NCBI GenBank assembly: GCA_036172245.1
Contig: JAYWIR010000018.1
Coordinates: 1,612,001-1,676,000, forward strand
Length of the DNA stretch: 64,000 nt
Direction of reading: 5' to 3'
Source: Raillietiella orientalis
Lineage: Eukaryota
Shown: piece after piece, positions 34,220 through 47,857 of the stretch
Numbering within the stretch: position 1 is the first letter of the stretch
Layout: each line of letters starts with the position of its first letter
Translations under genes and position numbers: made by a program
The notes under the pieces: generated by a model
Database searches by the model: none
The model's input: only the letters and a program-made list of their open reading frames with translations
What the model was told of the DNA's origin: nothing

Positions 34220-37200
34220 TCAAAACATTCTGCTACAACTGCCGTCAGCAAGCCTTGTATGTAACTCTAAACGTGGATGCATGAAAATCTTCTTGAAAGT
34301 CTGCTGTGAATCAAAACGACCATTGTAAAAGAGGGGATCCAACGCGATGGCAGTGTGAGCTGAAGAAAATCCTATTATTTCTGCATCCCGGCACAGTGAC
34401 CTTGCTGTCCAATCATACACCAGGAAATATACTCGAAACTTTCGTAGTCCGTTGGAAAGCTGTCTTTTCAGATGTGGAAGAACGCCTCCTGTTTCCCCTT
34501 CCCGTTTCGTGTCCGTGAAGAAAGGATTTCCTTCCTCTGGAAAGCTGTAAGAGAACCTGAAAGTTGATGACGGAAGCAGCAACTTTTACTTTATACTTTT
34601 ACTTTTACTTTGTATGCTTTAGCAAAGTGGCTGCTGTAGATGGGGACACAGGATCTGATGGGCTTTTTCCACTAGGCAGTCTTCGATCCTTCATCGGCAA
34701 AGGAAGCTTCATCGGAACCGACAATTCTTGAAAGAGAGGCAGCCTCGAGACATCCCGAGGCTTCCGTTTCCCAGAAAAGAAAGGCGAGGGACTGTGAATT
34801 TTTGGTTTTTCCAGGATGCGTTCTCAGAGCGAGTCTTCAAGTGGAGAAGTTTCGAGATTTCTCCTTCTCGGAGGGGAGTGATCAGCACCATTCCCAGAGT
34901 CGTCCTCAGCTGATCGTTGAATTACTCACGATTGTCTTCCCTGGCGATAAAGAGTCCCAAGAGCGCTTTCTGAAAGAGTTCCCGAAATCTTCCGGACGTG
35001 AGCTCGGAAACAGCCCTCTTCGGGGAAAGGTGAGGAATGGAAAAGCTCCGAGGAAAATACTTCCAAACACTTCCTGCTACATCCCTTCACTAGGTCGCTT
35101 GGCGTTGTGACTCCCGCGTCCATATCCGGGGCAGTATCACTCCGGATGCAGGTAACGGCAGCATTCAAGTCTGTCCTTCGAATCGTGGGAGGTTCTTGAC
35201 TTAGGTGAGCTCCAAAATACGCCACTGCGATCCAAGGATGCAAGAACCAGAAATGGTTCCATTTTCCATCTCCATGCAAATCGTGGATCCGGGAGACTGC
35301 AGGGCTTGCGAAATCTATCGTGCACACGACACAAGTGTCCCTAGTTTCCTTGGTCGGGCACGCCCAAATCTTTCCTAATAACCAGCCCGTTCCGGAGCTT
35401 CGAAACACTCGCCCCGCCTTACGGACTGGTAGATGAGAATATCACAGAGATGGTAGCGAAGGGTGGTCATCTGAGTATCACGTGCGAATATCGCAAGAAG
35501 CATTTTGGGGGATCTTCCCAGAGGAAATCCAATCCAAGAGGAGGAATCAGTCCGGGTAATGTGGACGGTTGATTCAAGTCAACAAGCGTTGCTCTGAAAG
35601 GACAATGTAGGGAGAGCTGCTCACCATGGCTACCGCGCCATCCGAAAGTCTACCGCAAGATGCCTGCGGACGAAAAAGAAAAGAAAAAGGGATCCTTCGT
35701 CTGTGGACCGTGATCATGAATCTCGAGTTTGTCGGCGGAACTCCGTAAAGCATAGGGGGCATGATGTTGAGCTGTTGGCGATGTTGGAAGCAAAGACATC
35801 AGAGTGAAAAACTCTGGAGAACGAAGAAACGGAAGATGAAATTTTTTTTTTCCAAGAACGTGGTTAAATCCTCTTCCTTCTTTTCTTTTCTTTTCTTTTC
35901 TGTGGCAATCTGGATAAATGAGTGCCTGGAAACGTTGGAGATGGGAGATGCCATAGTTGAAAGGGTTGCGAGCATTTCCACAGCTGCTTTCTCCAGTCCT
36001 TCCACAGGTGCTTCTTGCCCATCTGCCATCATATTTCCTTCACAATCTTTGAAACTCGTTCTTTGGAGACGAAGAGTCCTCTGGGTTATCAGATAACACG
36101 GAGACTTCTGAAACAGTCAATAAGCCACGAGAAGAATTCTCGTTTTCTCGAATCTGAAGAGCAGAAAGTCCATCATCCCCTTCCCCACCCAAAACATCCC
36201 AGCCTCTCGGGAGAAAATCACTGTTTATCCATTCAACTTTTCCCACGGACGCGGACGAATTGTCTGGAAAAAAAACTTTCCTCTTTCTTCAGCCGTTCCG
36301 GTTGACTTTCTTCCTGAAATGAACAAGGGAGAAAGTTCCAGTTTCCGGTTCACGCTTATCAATCTCTGAGAGGGGATTTCCATTTTCTGGCATCTCGAAG
36401 ATTCAAAGGGCTTCAGCTAAAGTCTCCCATCAAACACAAGCATCATCATCTCAGTAGTGTTTTCAGGAATAGGACGTTTTTCCCCGATGAAGTCGACCCA
36501 CCGCACTGGGATGCCGATGGTGGAGGGAGCGCGAGTCCTTTCCAGAAGCACGCAAGCATCCCAGAGTGAAGGATGAGAGCTCCGATGCTCGGTCATCCGC
36601 TTAACCTATTGTGCTGCTTCGTTTTTCACACGGCCGTGCCCCCGGGTTACGTCGTACTGCCGAAGCGCCGAATGCTGTGTTCGAAGCACAAATGAAGACA
36701 CAGGACGCCGTACGATAGGATCAAACGCTGAATCCACTCCCCACAGAAGAGTTCGTGGACCTTCGCAGAAGGCCATAAAAATTAATAACCTTCTCAGCAT
36801 CGAAGTCGAATACAAGTCGTGCCGAGCATTCGCAGCTTCCCCGCCGTCGCTGCATATTTTTGCGAGGAAGCCACTTATCCAGAACGGAGCAGCGTGCCGG
36901 AGGCCGAAGGAAAGGAAGAGAAAGGAGAGATTCGGACGTTGCAATTGCCTGACGGAAAGATCTGTCTCATCAACGGGAACTGCCCTCCTACCGACAGCGA
37001 CCTTCGAGGAAGGGCGGTGGGATGCACGAGGACTCGAAGAAATGGTACGAATGGACTCGAAGGAACGCAAGAAGCCGAACCATCAATTCTCTCCCCCCGT
37101 CTTGGGAAAAGGACTCAGGACCATTTCGTCTCTCGGCTTCCCCGCCTAAGAAGCAGGCAGCACCTTCCAAGAAAGTGCCGTTCCCACTCGATGAGCGGCG

Positions 37201-38300
37201 CAGCTCGAGAAGTTTCTCCTGGCGCGAATACACCCTTCCTTCGGAGTAGATCGCAAGGAGGTCAGCCCAGTGGCTGCTACACCGAGCCGAAGGTTACACA
37301 TGCAGCATCCAGCCTACGGAAAAGCCATTGTTCTTTGGCATAGTGTCCCAGTCCAGAGCTAAGCAATCATTACCAAGGGCCACGTCGGGGCTTTTCCTGT
37401 CCGTACTATCAAGGGACCCACAGGCAAAAAAATGTTTGACATTTTTTTCATTCTCCTGGAAGACACGGGCACCATCCTAAAAGTTCGTTTTCCATCTTCA
37501 AAGGATCATCTCCTAATCTGCATTTAAGGTGCCAGCAATCCTCTGTCAGTCTGCTCTCTGGCCAACAACCAAGTCGGATGCAAAACGGACGCCAGCCAAA
37601 AAGTGTTTTTCGAAGCGGCGGCGTTTTTGGGCGCGGCTTTCAAGGAGCCAGGCCGATAGAGGTCGGAGACAGCGGTCCCGGGATGAGGCGAGGACGGCAT
37701 TCTCGGGAGCAGTCTGGAGCCAAAAAACGAAAACATCCGCGAGCTGCCGGTTAACGGTTGCCAGTGTCTCAAGCCGCTAGGAGACTGAAGTCTGCTTTGG
37801 TCTACCTCATCACGAAGGCATTCCGAACAGCTGTCTTTGCCCGTGTAGAACGTGAGTTCTCACAGGGAGTGATCGTTAACCTTTCGGTGACAATTTGTAA
37901 GTCAAAGAAATACATTCCGGAAAACAAGCCTGCGCATCTGAGACCGGCTCTCCGGAGGCAGTGGGGACGGCTTATTGTTCTGCTGCAGGTCAGTAATTGG
38001 ATGTTTCACTGAGAGACGCATCAAATCGAGGTTTCTGATCTTCTGGACTGAATCTTCATGCTCCAGAGATGACGATTAGAAGAAAACAACCAATAGATCT
38101 TTAATTGGACGACAATGGCTGCGAAGCTGGGTATCCACACTGAAGTAGGATGCGCGAGCGCCTAATGACGATACCCCATTTAGGGAATAGGGAATTTTCG
38201 GTGATGCGAGATAATTTGAACTCCCAGCAATTCTTTTGAACGTTGGGGTCAACACATGCATGTGGGGTCCGTCACGGACTATAGGCGAAGACATTCTTCA
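34220..38300 (+). mobile_element. Decayed Ty3/Gypsy gag-pol relic (zinc knuckle, protease, RT start, integrase)
   Basis: CYNCRQQ at 34231. DTGSD at 34645. LVDENITEMVAKG at 35426. TKGHVGAFPVRTIKGPT at 37372 and GRHGHHP at 37458 (cf. TKWVEAFP..RHGxP). WGPS at about 38263. Correct Gypsy domain order; the middle is interrupted. Confidence 0.65.
34582..34611. repeat. (ACTTTT)n-like short tandem repeat
   Basis: ACTTTTACTTTATACTTTTACTTTTACTTT seen directly. Confidence 0.8.
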
Positions 38301-41049
38301 CCTTCCTAGAAATGAATGCGTTTCTTTGTTCCTGGTACGTTCAGCCGAGGAAGAAGAAGGCACTTTTAGTGCTGCAGGCTATGGAAGCGACTGCTGAGTG
38401 CCGATAAAGACAAAATAGAAGATTCGAGAACCGGCTGTGGCTTTCCTATTTGCTAGGTTGACCTGGTAGCCTCGCTTGTTTGCTCTTGGGACAGATGCGA
38501 ATAGTGCCTCGTGTCATGCAGAGAAAGGGAGATGTGAAAGCACGATGAAGTCTCTCAAGCCTACTCTGGAGGAATTTCGTGTACCGTGACCCATACAAGA
38601 AGGCTCTAGGTGATGATTCCTCAGAGCATCAAGGAAGCTTTTTCCGAGCACCTCTGCCCTTCACCGGTGGCAGCTCGAAACGGTGCTAAGCCGCTTCTCC
38701 GTCCAGACCGACCTTAGAGGATCATCCGGTTGACCTGGGGCTTTTTTCAAGTTTGGGTGGATTCCCGAAGACGAGGGCCGCTTAGACAAAGACGTGTGCA
38801 GCACTCGTGTGCATCGCCGCCAGCTTCCTCCAGAAGGGAGTTTTGCTCCCAAAGCACTGAAGTGGTCGGAAGACTTCCCATTGCACCACTGCGCCGCGAC
38901 GCCTCGATCAAGGATGCTTCCGTTGCCGATACAGGAGCGAAGTCGCGCCCCTGCCGTGGGCATGGGTGGACGGAAAAAACGCGAGTCCAAGAGCTGTTCG
39001 AAGCAGGAAGATCCAAATCCCTTTCCCCTCCTCTCTTCCCTTCGAAGGAAAGTCCATCTGGATGCTTTATTGCCGACGACTTCCCTGGAAAAGACTTACT
39101 CCGCTCTTCCTCGGCTGCTTTCCTTGCATCCTCGCAGCAGCCCCCTCGCCCCACAGATTTCAATTTACAGACGCGACAAATTTCCTGAAATTTGTTAGGG
39201 AATCCATTTTTCCTTCGGTTATCCTCACATCGGATTTTCGGTTCCCCTCTTCCCCGTAACGAGGAGACGACACTCCCGAAATAAGAAATCGGCTGTTGGT
39301 GTTCCCGGGAGGAAAGGACCTACGGAGGCGTTGCGCCTTATGGATTGTCGGTTGTCCTCGTCTGGCGACGATCTCCCGATTTCCGCCCCTGGACAGTCTC
39401 CTTACTCTCCTGCCTCTCAACCTCGCATTTGCATAAAACCTAGCCGGCCGATGGCGGATTTCGCTCCAGACGAAGCGCGGAGAGGAGCGATTGCTTTATC
39501 ACAGAGCGAATCTCGAATGCTGTGGGCACACAGCGCTCTCAAATAAACAAGGGGGAAAACACCCTCGGAGTCTCGCTGATGAATGCAGTCTTTCAACCCT
39601 GAGGGATGGATCTCCGAAAGGCGAAGTGGGAAACCGCACGGATCAGGAACGGAGTCGCCCGCCTCTTCACTCGGGCCTCCGTTCGCGCGCTTTACGCTAA
39701 GTGGTTTTTTCTTTTAATCGACGCGATCGCGAGCTTTACGATGCTTCAGGCATTTCCAGCGGCCCGTCAACAGGACAGCCGCTTGGAACTCGGTCAGCCT
39801 GAGGATGCTGCGTCACCCCTCGCGTGCACTGAGCCTGGTTCCGCTTTTCAGAAGACCCAAGCATTTAGTGGCTCACGGGTGGGGAAGGGGGGAGGGGACG
39901 TGTGCCTCCTGTACGTCCCGATTGTCTGAGTCGGCCCTCAGTACGTGATTCGGGCAACGAGGAGCCACCGCCGTGAATCCGTGAACCAAAGTGTCTTTCT
40001 TCGTGTCAAGGACTTGACTGCCGAGCCTATTCTTCGGAGAATTCCGGGCTGCATTCTGGATGCGAGGCTAATTGATCTACAAAGCATGGCTCGCGATGCT
40101 ACAGTTTAAAGTGCTTCCCTCCTGATTGAGGGGAATCAGCGATCCCCATTAAAAATCGAAATCGGAAAATTTCGGAGGTTCATTTGGAAATTCCCAGCTT
40201 TAAATTAAGAGCACTCTCTTCCTTTGGAGCCAAGGTCGCGTTAATGAGGTGAACGCTATTAAACGTCAAAAGCGTGTCGGGACTTCAAAGGAATCCCTGG
40301 ATCAGTGGATCAAATGAAACGAAAAGCATCAATGGACCGTTTGTAAATCACACCCAGAGCGTTCAGGTGAGAATGTGCCAACTTCTGGATCCGGGAAAAC
40401 TTCTTAGATGGGAGAGTCAGAAAGATAATGGAAAATAAACCTATTAGCTGCAAGGATCGCTGTTCAGGGAAGGGGGGAGAGGGAAAGGGGGGGAGGGACT
40501 CGAAATTTGACCATGCGTTTATGGAGAAATAGGCCCCTTTATTGAAAGCAATGTGATTAGTCTGAGGTGATGATTATTCCGCTCTCCTGCTATCGCTTCG
40601 ACGGCATCATTTTGAGTAATGACTAAATTCTTAAGGAAAATAGGAAAAAAACCCGGAGCAAATTTTTAATTGAGTTAGCAAGAGTAAACTCTTTGGATGA
40701 AGGGATTCTCCCTAAAGCTTAAGCGTTCATTAGCATAAGAGCCCAGCGTTGACTCGAGTGCTGCTGAGTAGCCTTAGGCTGACGGTGGTAATCAGGTCCG
40801 ATAATAAGCCAATTTTTTCCTTTCTGATCAAGGACGCTTCCTTCTGAAGCAGCTGGCAGGACGCGGATTGCAGAAGAATTCGAAATTTCAGAAAGTCAGC
40901 TTTCTGGGCTGAGCAGCAGACGGTAGCAGCATCGTCCCGTGTGAGCCGCGTCGAGCCGCTAGAAGGCTATTTGAAGTGAGTCCGAGCTCACTGGGCTCGG
41001 ACCAGGAGGAAAAGAATGCTGGTTCCGGGAGGCACGCCCCACGAGTTGC

Positions 41050-42700
41050 CGATCATACGCGAACATCTGGAATGGGGCAGAAACAGGACGCAGCGAGCGA
41101 GATCATGAGGTTCGATCCCATTCTCCGCTCACCCCGAGTAAAGCGGGAAGACGAGGTTTCTCGGAATGCGTTCGTGGATGGCATCGGAGGAGTCTAATTC
41201 CGTTCCAGAGTTCCCAGCTAGGCAGGAATTCATCTTTTCCTCGGCGCAGGCATCCATTGTTAGGATTACACGCGATAGGACGAGATGATTGGGAGGCTTA
41301 GAGACAGCCAGATGTGTGACAAGGGGAATAAATCTTCACACGGTTCACCTCCGACTTTCTCATCCAAACTCTTCTGGAGTTGGCTGGATACGTAGGGGTG
41401 GCAGATAAAGAGTGCCGATGCGTTGTTACAGAAAGCAGCTAGATGTAAGCCATCAGCGAGTGGGAAATGTCGTTTTCTTCGTGCTGCAGATTTATGGGAG
41501 ACAGCTACAGTAGGGCTCCTGGAACCTTCGAACTCACTTTCCTGGTTCCTTGGAAGGGATGCTTAGCTGCTAGTCCGCGACCTTCCCACTTGGCGAAATT
41601 TTCGAAGGATCACGAACCTGCCATTTTCCAGTATGAAAGGAAGAATCCTTGACGGCCATCTCCCTGCAGCTTCTTTTTAAATTTCATTGCAACATCCCCT
41701 TGGGTGCAGCTCGCATCGTGCGCTTCGCTGGAGGACGGAGCCTCGTGGTCTGGGTTGATAGTGCTCCTTGTAATTGGTTGTTTTGGCGACAGCATCTTTG
41801 CAGATCCTTACGATCTCATGGGATAGCAACTGCCTCTGTCCTCGGTGCCCCAGGAACATCAGACTCCAGGAACTCGTCTCTAATAAATGCCTGCAGTAGG
41901 TGCTCGGTCCCAGGAAAGGTTCTCAGGGAAACTTCGTACCGCAAAAAAGTTCAACCAGTCATTGAATGTTTTTGCCCTCGAAGATACGTCGTAGGGTCAG
42001 CCCCCTCTCCTCTGAAGGGGTCCATCTGATGACGAACCGGGCAGGGCCAGCCTGTCCCTTGAGGAAAAAGCTCGAAACCTTCCGAAGAAAGCTCGGAGAC
42101 GCCGGTCTCCCAGTGGGAATTTCCTCTTCCGCTGGCATCGGAACTGCTGCGCATCTTCGTGGGAATGGCGTCCATCTGCAGGCATCGAAAGCGAATCTCC
42201 CAGGCAAAGACAAAGAATTCTCTTCGTGGAGGACTAAGAGACCTTCCTGTTCCGAGCGGCAGTTTCTCGAGCCACTCGGGTTTCCCCTTTCCATGAGTCA
42301 GACTCAGTCCCTCTGCCTGACCTTCCCCTTGGATCAAGGATGATTTTCTGCCCTTCCCATCGAGCAGAGCGCAATCAGAGATGAGTGTTACTGATGCAGT
42401 TCTGTGAGAACATGCACCAGTAGGATCGTTTGGAGCAACAAAAATAATCTCTTGACGGATCTTGCAGGATTGAAGTTGGAGCCTTGTGCACGGGCAATAT
42501 TATAGCCGAGGATGGGATCTTCTTTCTCATATTCAAGGACGTTGTTCATTTGTTTGTTTTTTTGATTGCTTCTGAAAATTTCTATTCCTTCTACTCCGGG
42601 ATAAGAACGACACTGTTTCAGCGTCTCATCTGGACTCCAGGCGCTTCTGGAGGAATCGATCCATAGACGTTCTTTCACCTGATTCTCGCTTGCGCTTCGA
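41050..42700 (+). mobile_element. Decayed Ty3/Gypsy RT to RNase H relic
   Basis: SPRVKREDEVSRNAFVD in ORF 40976 (cf. SPxxxVxKKDGxxRxCVD). DEMIGRLRDS at about 41279. CRFMGDSYSRAPGTFE in ORF 41467 (cf. MPFGLxNAPxTFQ). TDAVL at about 42390. Confidence 0.5.
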
Positions 42701-43299
42701 GCTACCTCCCCTCGAAGAAACTGTGCTTCTTGCATCATTCCCACATGATCCGATCCTCGGGATGCCCTTTCTTTAGCCGCCTTCCTCTTGTCCTTTCTTT
42801 CGGAGTAGCCAGCACCGTTTCCCGGTGAGGCTCTGTGGAAGGCCCTACTTCCTTCCACGGAAAACCTCCCTCGCCTCGCCTTCAGCTCTTGGCGGCCAGC
42901 TGAAGATGCCGCTGCCCCGCCGCTGCTCTCGGAAAATAGGGGAATCAGATGAAAGCAGGATTCTTCAGTCGTCTCGGTGAACTCGACCTATTCTTGCGGG
43001 TCAAACCGTAGGAAGATTCCTACTTTATTCTTGGAATTCTCTCCTTTAGATGGGGAAGTGCTCACTCGATGGGTCCCTCTTTCGGCCTCCGTAAGGAGGA
43101 GGCGGCCGGGAGAATACACTGTTTTCATCTCGAAGGAGACAGGAACGAAAGGGCAGGAAGCAGGTGAGGAAGGGAACAGGGTTTTCGTCTTTCATCATGC
43201 TCTTCAGGATTCTTTCAGCATCTTTGAGATCCGCAATACACCTCAAGCCTTTTCCCTAACGTCGTTCTGTCTGACCACGTTCGCACGGTGTGGGGAACT

Positions 43300-45800
43300 T
43301 CCTAAACTGCTCTTTGGGCGTAGAGGAAGTTGAAGCAAAGAGTCAAACAGGACCCAAAGAGGACCGAGTCCCACAATATCCTATGTCACGTGTGCTCCAG
43401 CCCTCCACTGCTCCACGATCCCGTTATTCTTTAATCGTCTTCTTTGGCGAAGGTTCAATGCCCTTGTAATTGTCTTTGCATCCGAGCTTCCTCGTGCTTC
43501 GGTAAGAGGGCTCTCTATAAATAAATGGCTCAGCTGCTAGGCAGACGCGGATTTCTCAACGTGCGCGGCAGCTGCGTGGGGGATTCCGTTGCTGCGAGCG
43601 CCGCTGCGGATCCGAGGGAGTCTGGTCCACTACGGAACCGATCCTCTTCCTTTCGAAAGCTTCGGTATAGGAGAGACCTGTCGGTGATGCTCTGAGACGC
43701 CTCACCGGAGTGCGTCTTCTTCCAGCCCGATGCAGGTCCCCTGCCTTGTCCCATTTCCCGGAGGCACCCTTCCGTCTTCCTGCGGCATCCCTCTCTGAAG
43801 AGAATCGCCCGTCTGTCTTCGTGACTTAGACCGCGTTGAGGGCACCTTGCCCTCAGGTGTGCGTTGAAGTGAACACCACCAGTGTGTATCACGGGAGCGA
43901 CCCGATATCAAAGCCGCTCCATTCGGACATGCCAGTGACCAGCGGTCAGGGAAGTCCATGCCTTCCTCGGTCTAGCGCGGCTCCGCTCGCGCGGTCTTGA
44001 CGCGAAATTGAAGGACGCATCCTTGAACGTCGCAGCCCGCGGTCACCATAAGCTTTTGCTCCCTTTCGCTCCGAAGATTATTGCAAAGCTACCGAGAAAC
44101 ACCAAACGGGCATTCGATTGGGGAAGATGCAGACCTTTGGAAAATTTGCAAGCGCGCGTCCTTTCAAGCGAGCCATCCGCATGTATAAGGTGAGGCAACC
44201 GTCTCGCTTCAAGTCTGATACTTTGGGGAGAAACATAGCGAAGCCTGAGGTGCTTCAGAAGCTCCAAAATGTGTCTGATGTGCCAGATAACTCAGAGCCG
44301 GCCTCAGACTCGCACAGGGTGAGCTACTTGAAACTGGCTCACCTTGTCTTTGCGGAGAAATGTAGCGCCGCTTGAGGCGGGCCGGTTTATGTGGCTTACC
44401 CTTTCATTTTCCAGCTTGACTCATGTTCCTGTTCCTGGGATCGCATTGCTGGATTCCCTCTTGAGCAGCGGAGAGCAAAAATGAGCCATTAGAAGCCGGG
44501 GGTCTGAACGTCGCAGGGGATGTGACTAGGGAGGGAGAGCAGTAAATAAACAGAGGTGGGATGGACCAGCTTGACGCTCGTGACCGTGATTCCAGAGTGC
44601 GTGCATCAGGCAGGTGAAGATGGGATGTTCCTGCAGGACAGACTGGAATTCGGCTCCCTTCAAGAACACAAAATGAGCTTCCTGCGATAGAAGCTGAAAC
44701 ACTAAATTCTGCGGGAGCTTTTCAGAACAGATCGCGACGTTTGTTTGAGCCCGGAGGAAAGAAAACAAAAAAACAGAACCAAGAAGAGCGCTTCGCTGAC
44801 ATTTGGTGGGCAGTTCTTTGCGCCCACACCCTATCCATCATCGAACCAGTCTTCCTCATCTGAACTAAGCTGCTCCAGAGAGTGTCATGATTCCTCGTCT
44901 GGTTTGAACAGCAATTCGATCCCTGAGGCAGCTCTTTTCCTTCCACCTAGACTTCACAGCAGCCTCAGCTGCAGCTTACTCCTTCACGCCGAAAAACCTG
45001 TCTCACGAAACCATCGCTCTTTCGTCGGAAATGAATTTCATTAGGATGGTTTCCGACTCAACCACTGTCCTAATTGGAGGACGAGCGAAATGCTAATGGG
45101 AGATCTCTTGTTCTCTACCTACAGGACTGCAGCCAAACTCCAGCAGTCGTGAAAGTGATCTGAATTATTTACGAGAAGATGGTATAAGCTTTGAACGAGA
45201 CTGACGTCCGACAATTGTTCTCGAAAGAAAAAAAAAAAGACCCACAAAGCGTCAACATCGGGTGTCGAGACATTGGAAGCCATTATCAAAAAAGAAAAAA
45301 AAAGCTTTTTAAGAATAGTCCAAAGTTCGTATCTGTTCTTCGGAAAACGGGTTGTGTTTAGACAAACAAAGCCCTCCTTTTAAGCTTAGTAAGACTAAGA
45401 GGAATATTCTCGAACCAAGGAGTTTCCGAAAGCATCTGTTTCACTTCTTGATCAGCACCATTGGAAACGTGTTCCATCTCGCTCTGGCCTAGACGTGCTG
45501 CTTCCGCACCGTTCACGAAGCGCGCCTTCTGGTCCGTCAGATTCTCGGACGCAGCATTCGGTCTTGAGATAGGTCAGGACGCCACTGGGTTGTCCCGTCC
45601 TTCGCCTGCAACGAATACTCAGATGCCTCGTCCTCCCGAATACATCGTGCCGTCGAGCATCCTCCACGAGCTTTGGAAGGTCCGCGTCGGCTCCGGAATG
45701 TTCGAACGGGAACAACCACCGTCGAAGTTTCGAATTCCTCAAGCCACCTCCCTTTGCTGACTCACGAATGGTCCTCGCAGGCCATTTCATGTGGCGTTTA
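43300..45800 (+). mobile_element. Decayed Ty3/Gypsy pol relic (RT, RNase H, integrase)
   Basis: HYGTDPLPFESFGIGETCR at about 43627. GHHKLLLPFAPKIIAKLPRNTKRAFDWGRCRPLENLQARVLSSEP in ORF 44008 (cf. GYYRRFIPxFAxIAxPLxxLTKKxxxFxW..AFExLKxxLxSxP). YLKLAHLVFAEK in ORF 44118. RECHDSSSG in ORF 44745. PFTKR..PEYIVPS in ORF 45461. Confidence 0.65.
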
Positions 45801-46448
45801 TTGTATTCCAAAGTGTGAAACAGCAAACGCGCAAGATAAAAAAGAAAAAGGAAAAGTAGACCACTGTGTCCCACGCAACTCCAAGTGTCCCAGGAGGGCC
45901 ATCTTCTGTATCGAGGTCCGTTGCAGGGTAGAGAGCGACCAAGAGGCGAATAAACATCCAGCTGAATGGAATGCACGCTTCATGGATACATACAGTAAAA
46001 AGATGAATTGATCGTCTAAGGCAGCGCCGGTAATTCATAAGGAAGAAACCAATTTTAAAACAAGCATAAATATACAGCTGCTGACTCAACCTCATCGGGA
46101 ACTTTCCAGGCGATCCAACGGCGCTGTTTAAACGTTGTTGCTGGTCTCTAAGAAATCCTTTTCTTGTTTTCCCTCTTGTGCGTCTCATACACCCGCTTTC
46201 CCAAAGTTTATTTCAAATATTCAGAATGACATAAGGACACAATGAGCAAATGGTGTTCCCTAACCTCAGCGTTCCCTCGACTTCCTCCAGCTTCGTCGCT
46301 CGCTATGGAGTGCTACGCGGAGGGTGTTTAAGACTAGCTATGCTCAGTGTTGTGAGTGAGGGAGTTTTGGCGAACTCACCCGCAGCTTAGGGTCTCTGGT
46401 GCCGGAAGTTGTCTGCATCACCACTGTGCCTCTCAGTAAGCTTGGCAC

Positions 46449-47857
46449 TCACATCCTCCTGTCATGCATTGGGAGCGCAAGAATTCTTTCGCTTCTTCCT
46501 CACAACCTACGCCGGAGGACCAGATTCGGCTACCTCCAGAGACATCTGTCCTCGCCACTGGTAGCCCACCTGTGGATCTCCTACCCGGCCCATAAACTGG
46601 AATGCCTGGCAGCAGGAGGCTCTGGAGCCCTGGGTTACCACTCTGAAAGTGCACCCAGAGGAACCCAGAGGATCGCTGCAGGGTCTTCCACGCAAAACGC
46701 TGAGGATTGGTCCTTCAGGATTGGACGCACTGGTACCGTCGCATTCCTTGCCGCAGCGCTGTCCGCCCTCAGGGCAAGAAATGACAGCAGCCAGCCGCCG
46801 GGAGAAGGAGTTTTGCCGCAAAATGCCAGGAGTGGAAAAACTTTTGGACGGCTGCAGGGAAGAGCGAGTTGGTGAACGCTGCCACTCCTCGTCTGCGGGT
46901 AAAGGGACTCCGTCCGGGTGGAGTGACCTGCTTGGTTCATCACCCGCTCACGCCGGGACGTTTATTATAAAAAATAAGAAACGTACATGTGTAGGGCCAT
47001 TGGCTCTGCATCGTCCGAAAATGTAACCGGCACTCAGGCCGGCGAGGTTCGTCTCGGCAGCGGGAGGGGAGGGGGACAAACAAAAATTAAAATAAATAAA
47101 AATCAATACTAAAAAAAACTCTGAGCGGCACGGGAAAGGATCACTATCCGCTGGAGGGCGTCCTCTGCATCCTTTGCAGGATGCTGGCAAGTTCCATCTG
47201 AGTTATCCTTGCTTGGTGTGCTCCTCGAAGAACCCGTGGTCCCTTCCCTGTGTGTGGACACCTCCGTGTTCCCCCTACGCTGGAAACGGGATGTTCTGCT
47301 GTTTCTGCACTGGGGATTTCGGTGCAATCAACGCAAACACCTGGTTTCCGGAGGGGTTGCCTCCCCGAACTGTTCCTTCTGCTGGGCTGCAGTTGGGCCA
47401 TCGAGGGCCATGTGGCGGAGACTCGCTTCGGCGCCCCGACAACCGCAGGACGCCGTTTTGGACTTGCTGCGACGCTTCCTCACCGGAGGCGGGCTGAAGA
47501 AGGACGCTGCGATCCCAATAATCTGTTGCATGAGCGTCATAGTGACAGCCTGCCATGTGTTGGAGTCAGGTTCGCGGCGAAGAGAGGCCACCAGCATGGC
47601 AGCAGTCCTCATGAGGGCAGCAGCAAGGCGGTCTCATGCGCCACAAGAAGTCGCCAGGGAGATCGACACCATCCACAGCCGCTTTTAAAGAAGAAGGAAC
47701 GTCACATACCGAAGACCTCGGTCCCCACCCTCCCGGCTTTTGTTATGTATTCCTTGCCCCCTCCCTCCGCTCCCTACTTACTGGGAGCCGGTCTGCGTGC
47801 CTCTGATTATCCCGGATGAACTTTGTTTTTTCTTTTGGCATTTCTTGGTTTTTGAGG
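46449..47857 (+). repeat. Inverted duplication IR2, arm A (1409 bp)
   Basis: Reverse complement of 49840-51248; paired coordinates sum to 97697. Mirrored ORF translations are identical inside the arms and I noticed no substitution. Confidence 0.98.
46700..47135 (+). mobile_element. Probable DIRS tyrosine-recombinase tail plus 3' terminal region
   Basis: LLDGCR/RASW at about 46840-46873 (cf. LEDICRAASW). The DNA that follows is homologous to 63678-63915, which also follows a YR-like tail. Confidence 0.4.
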
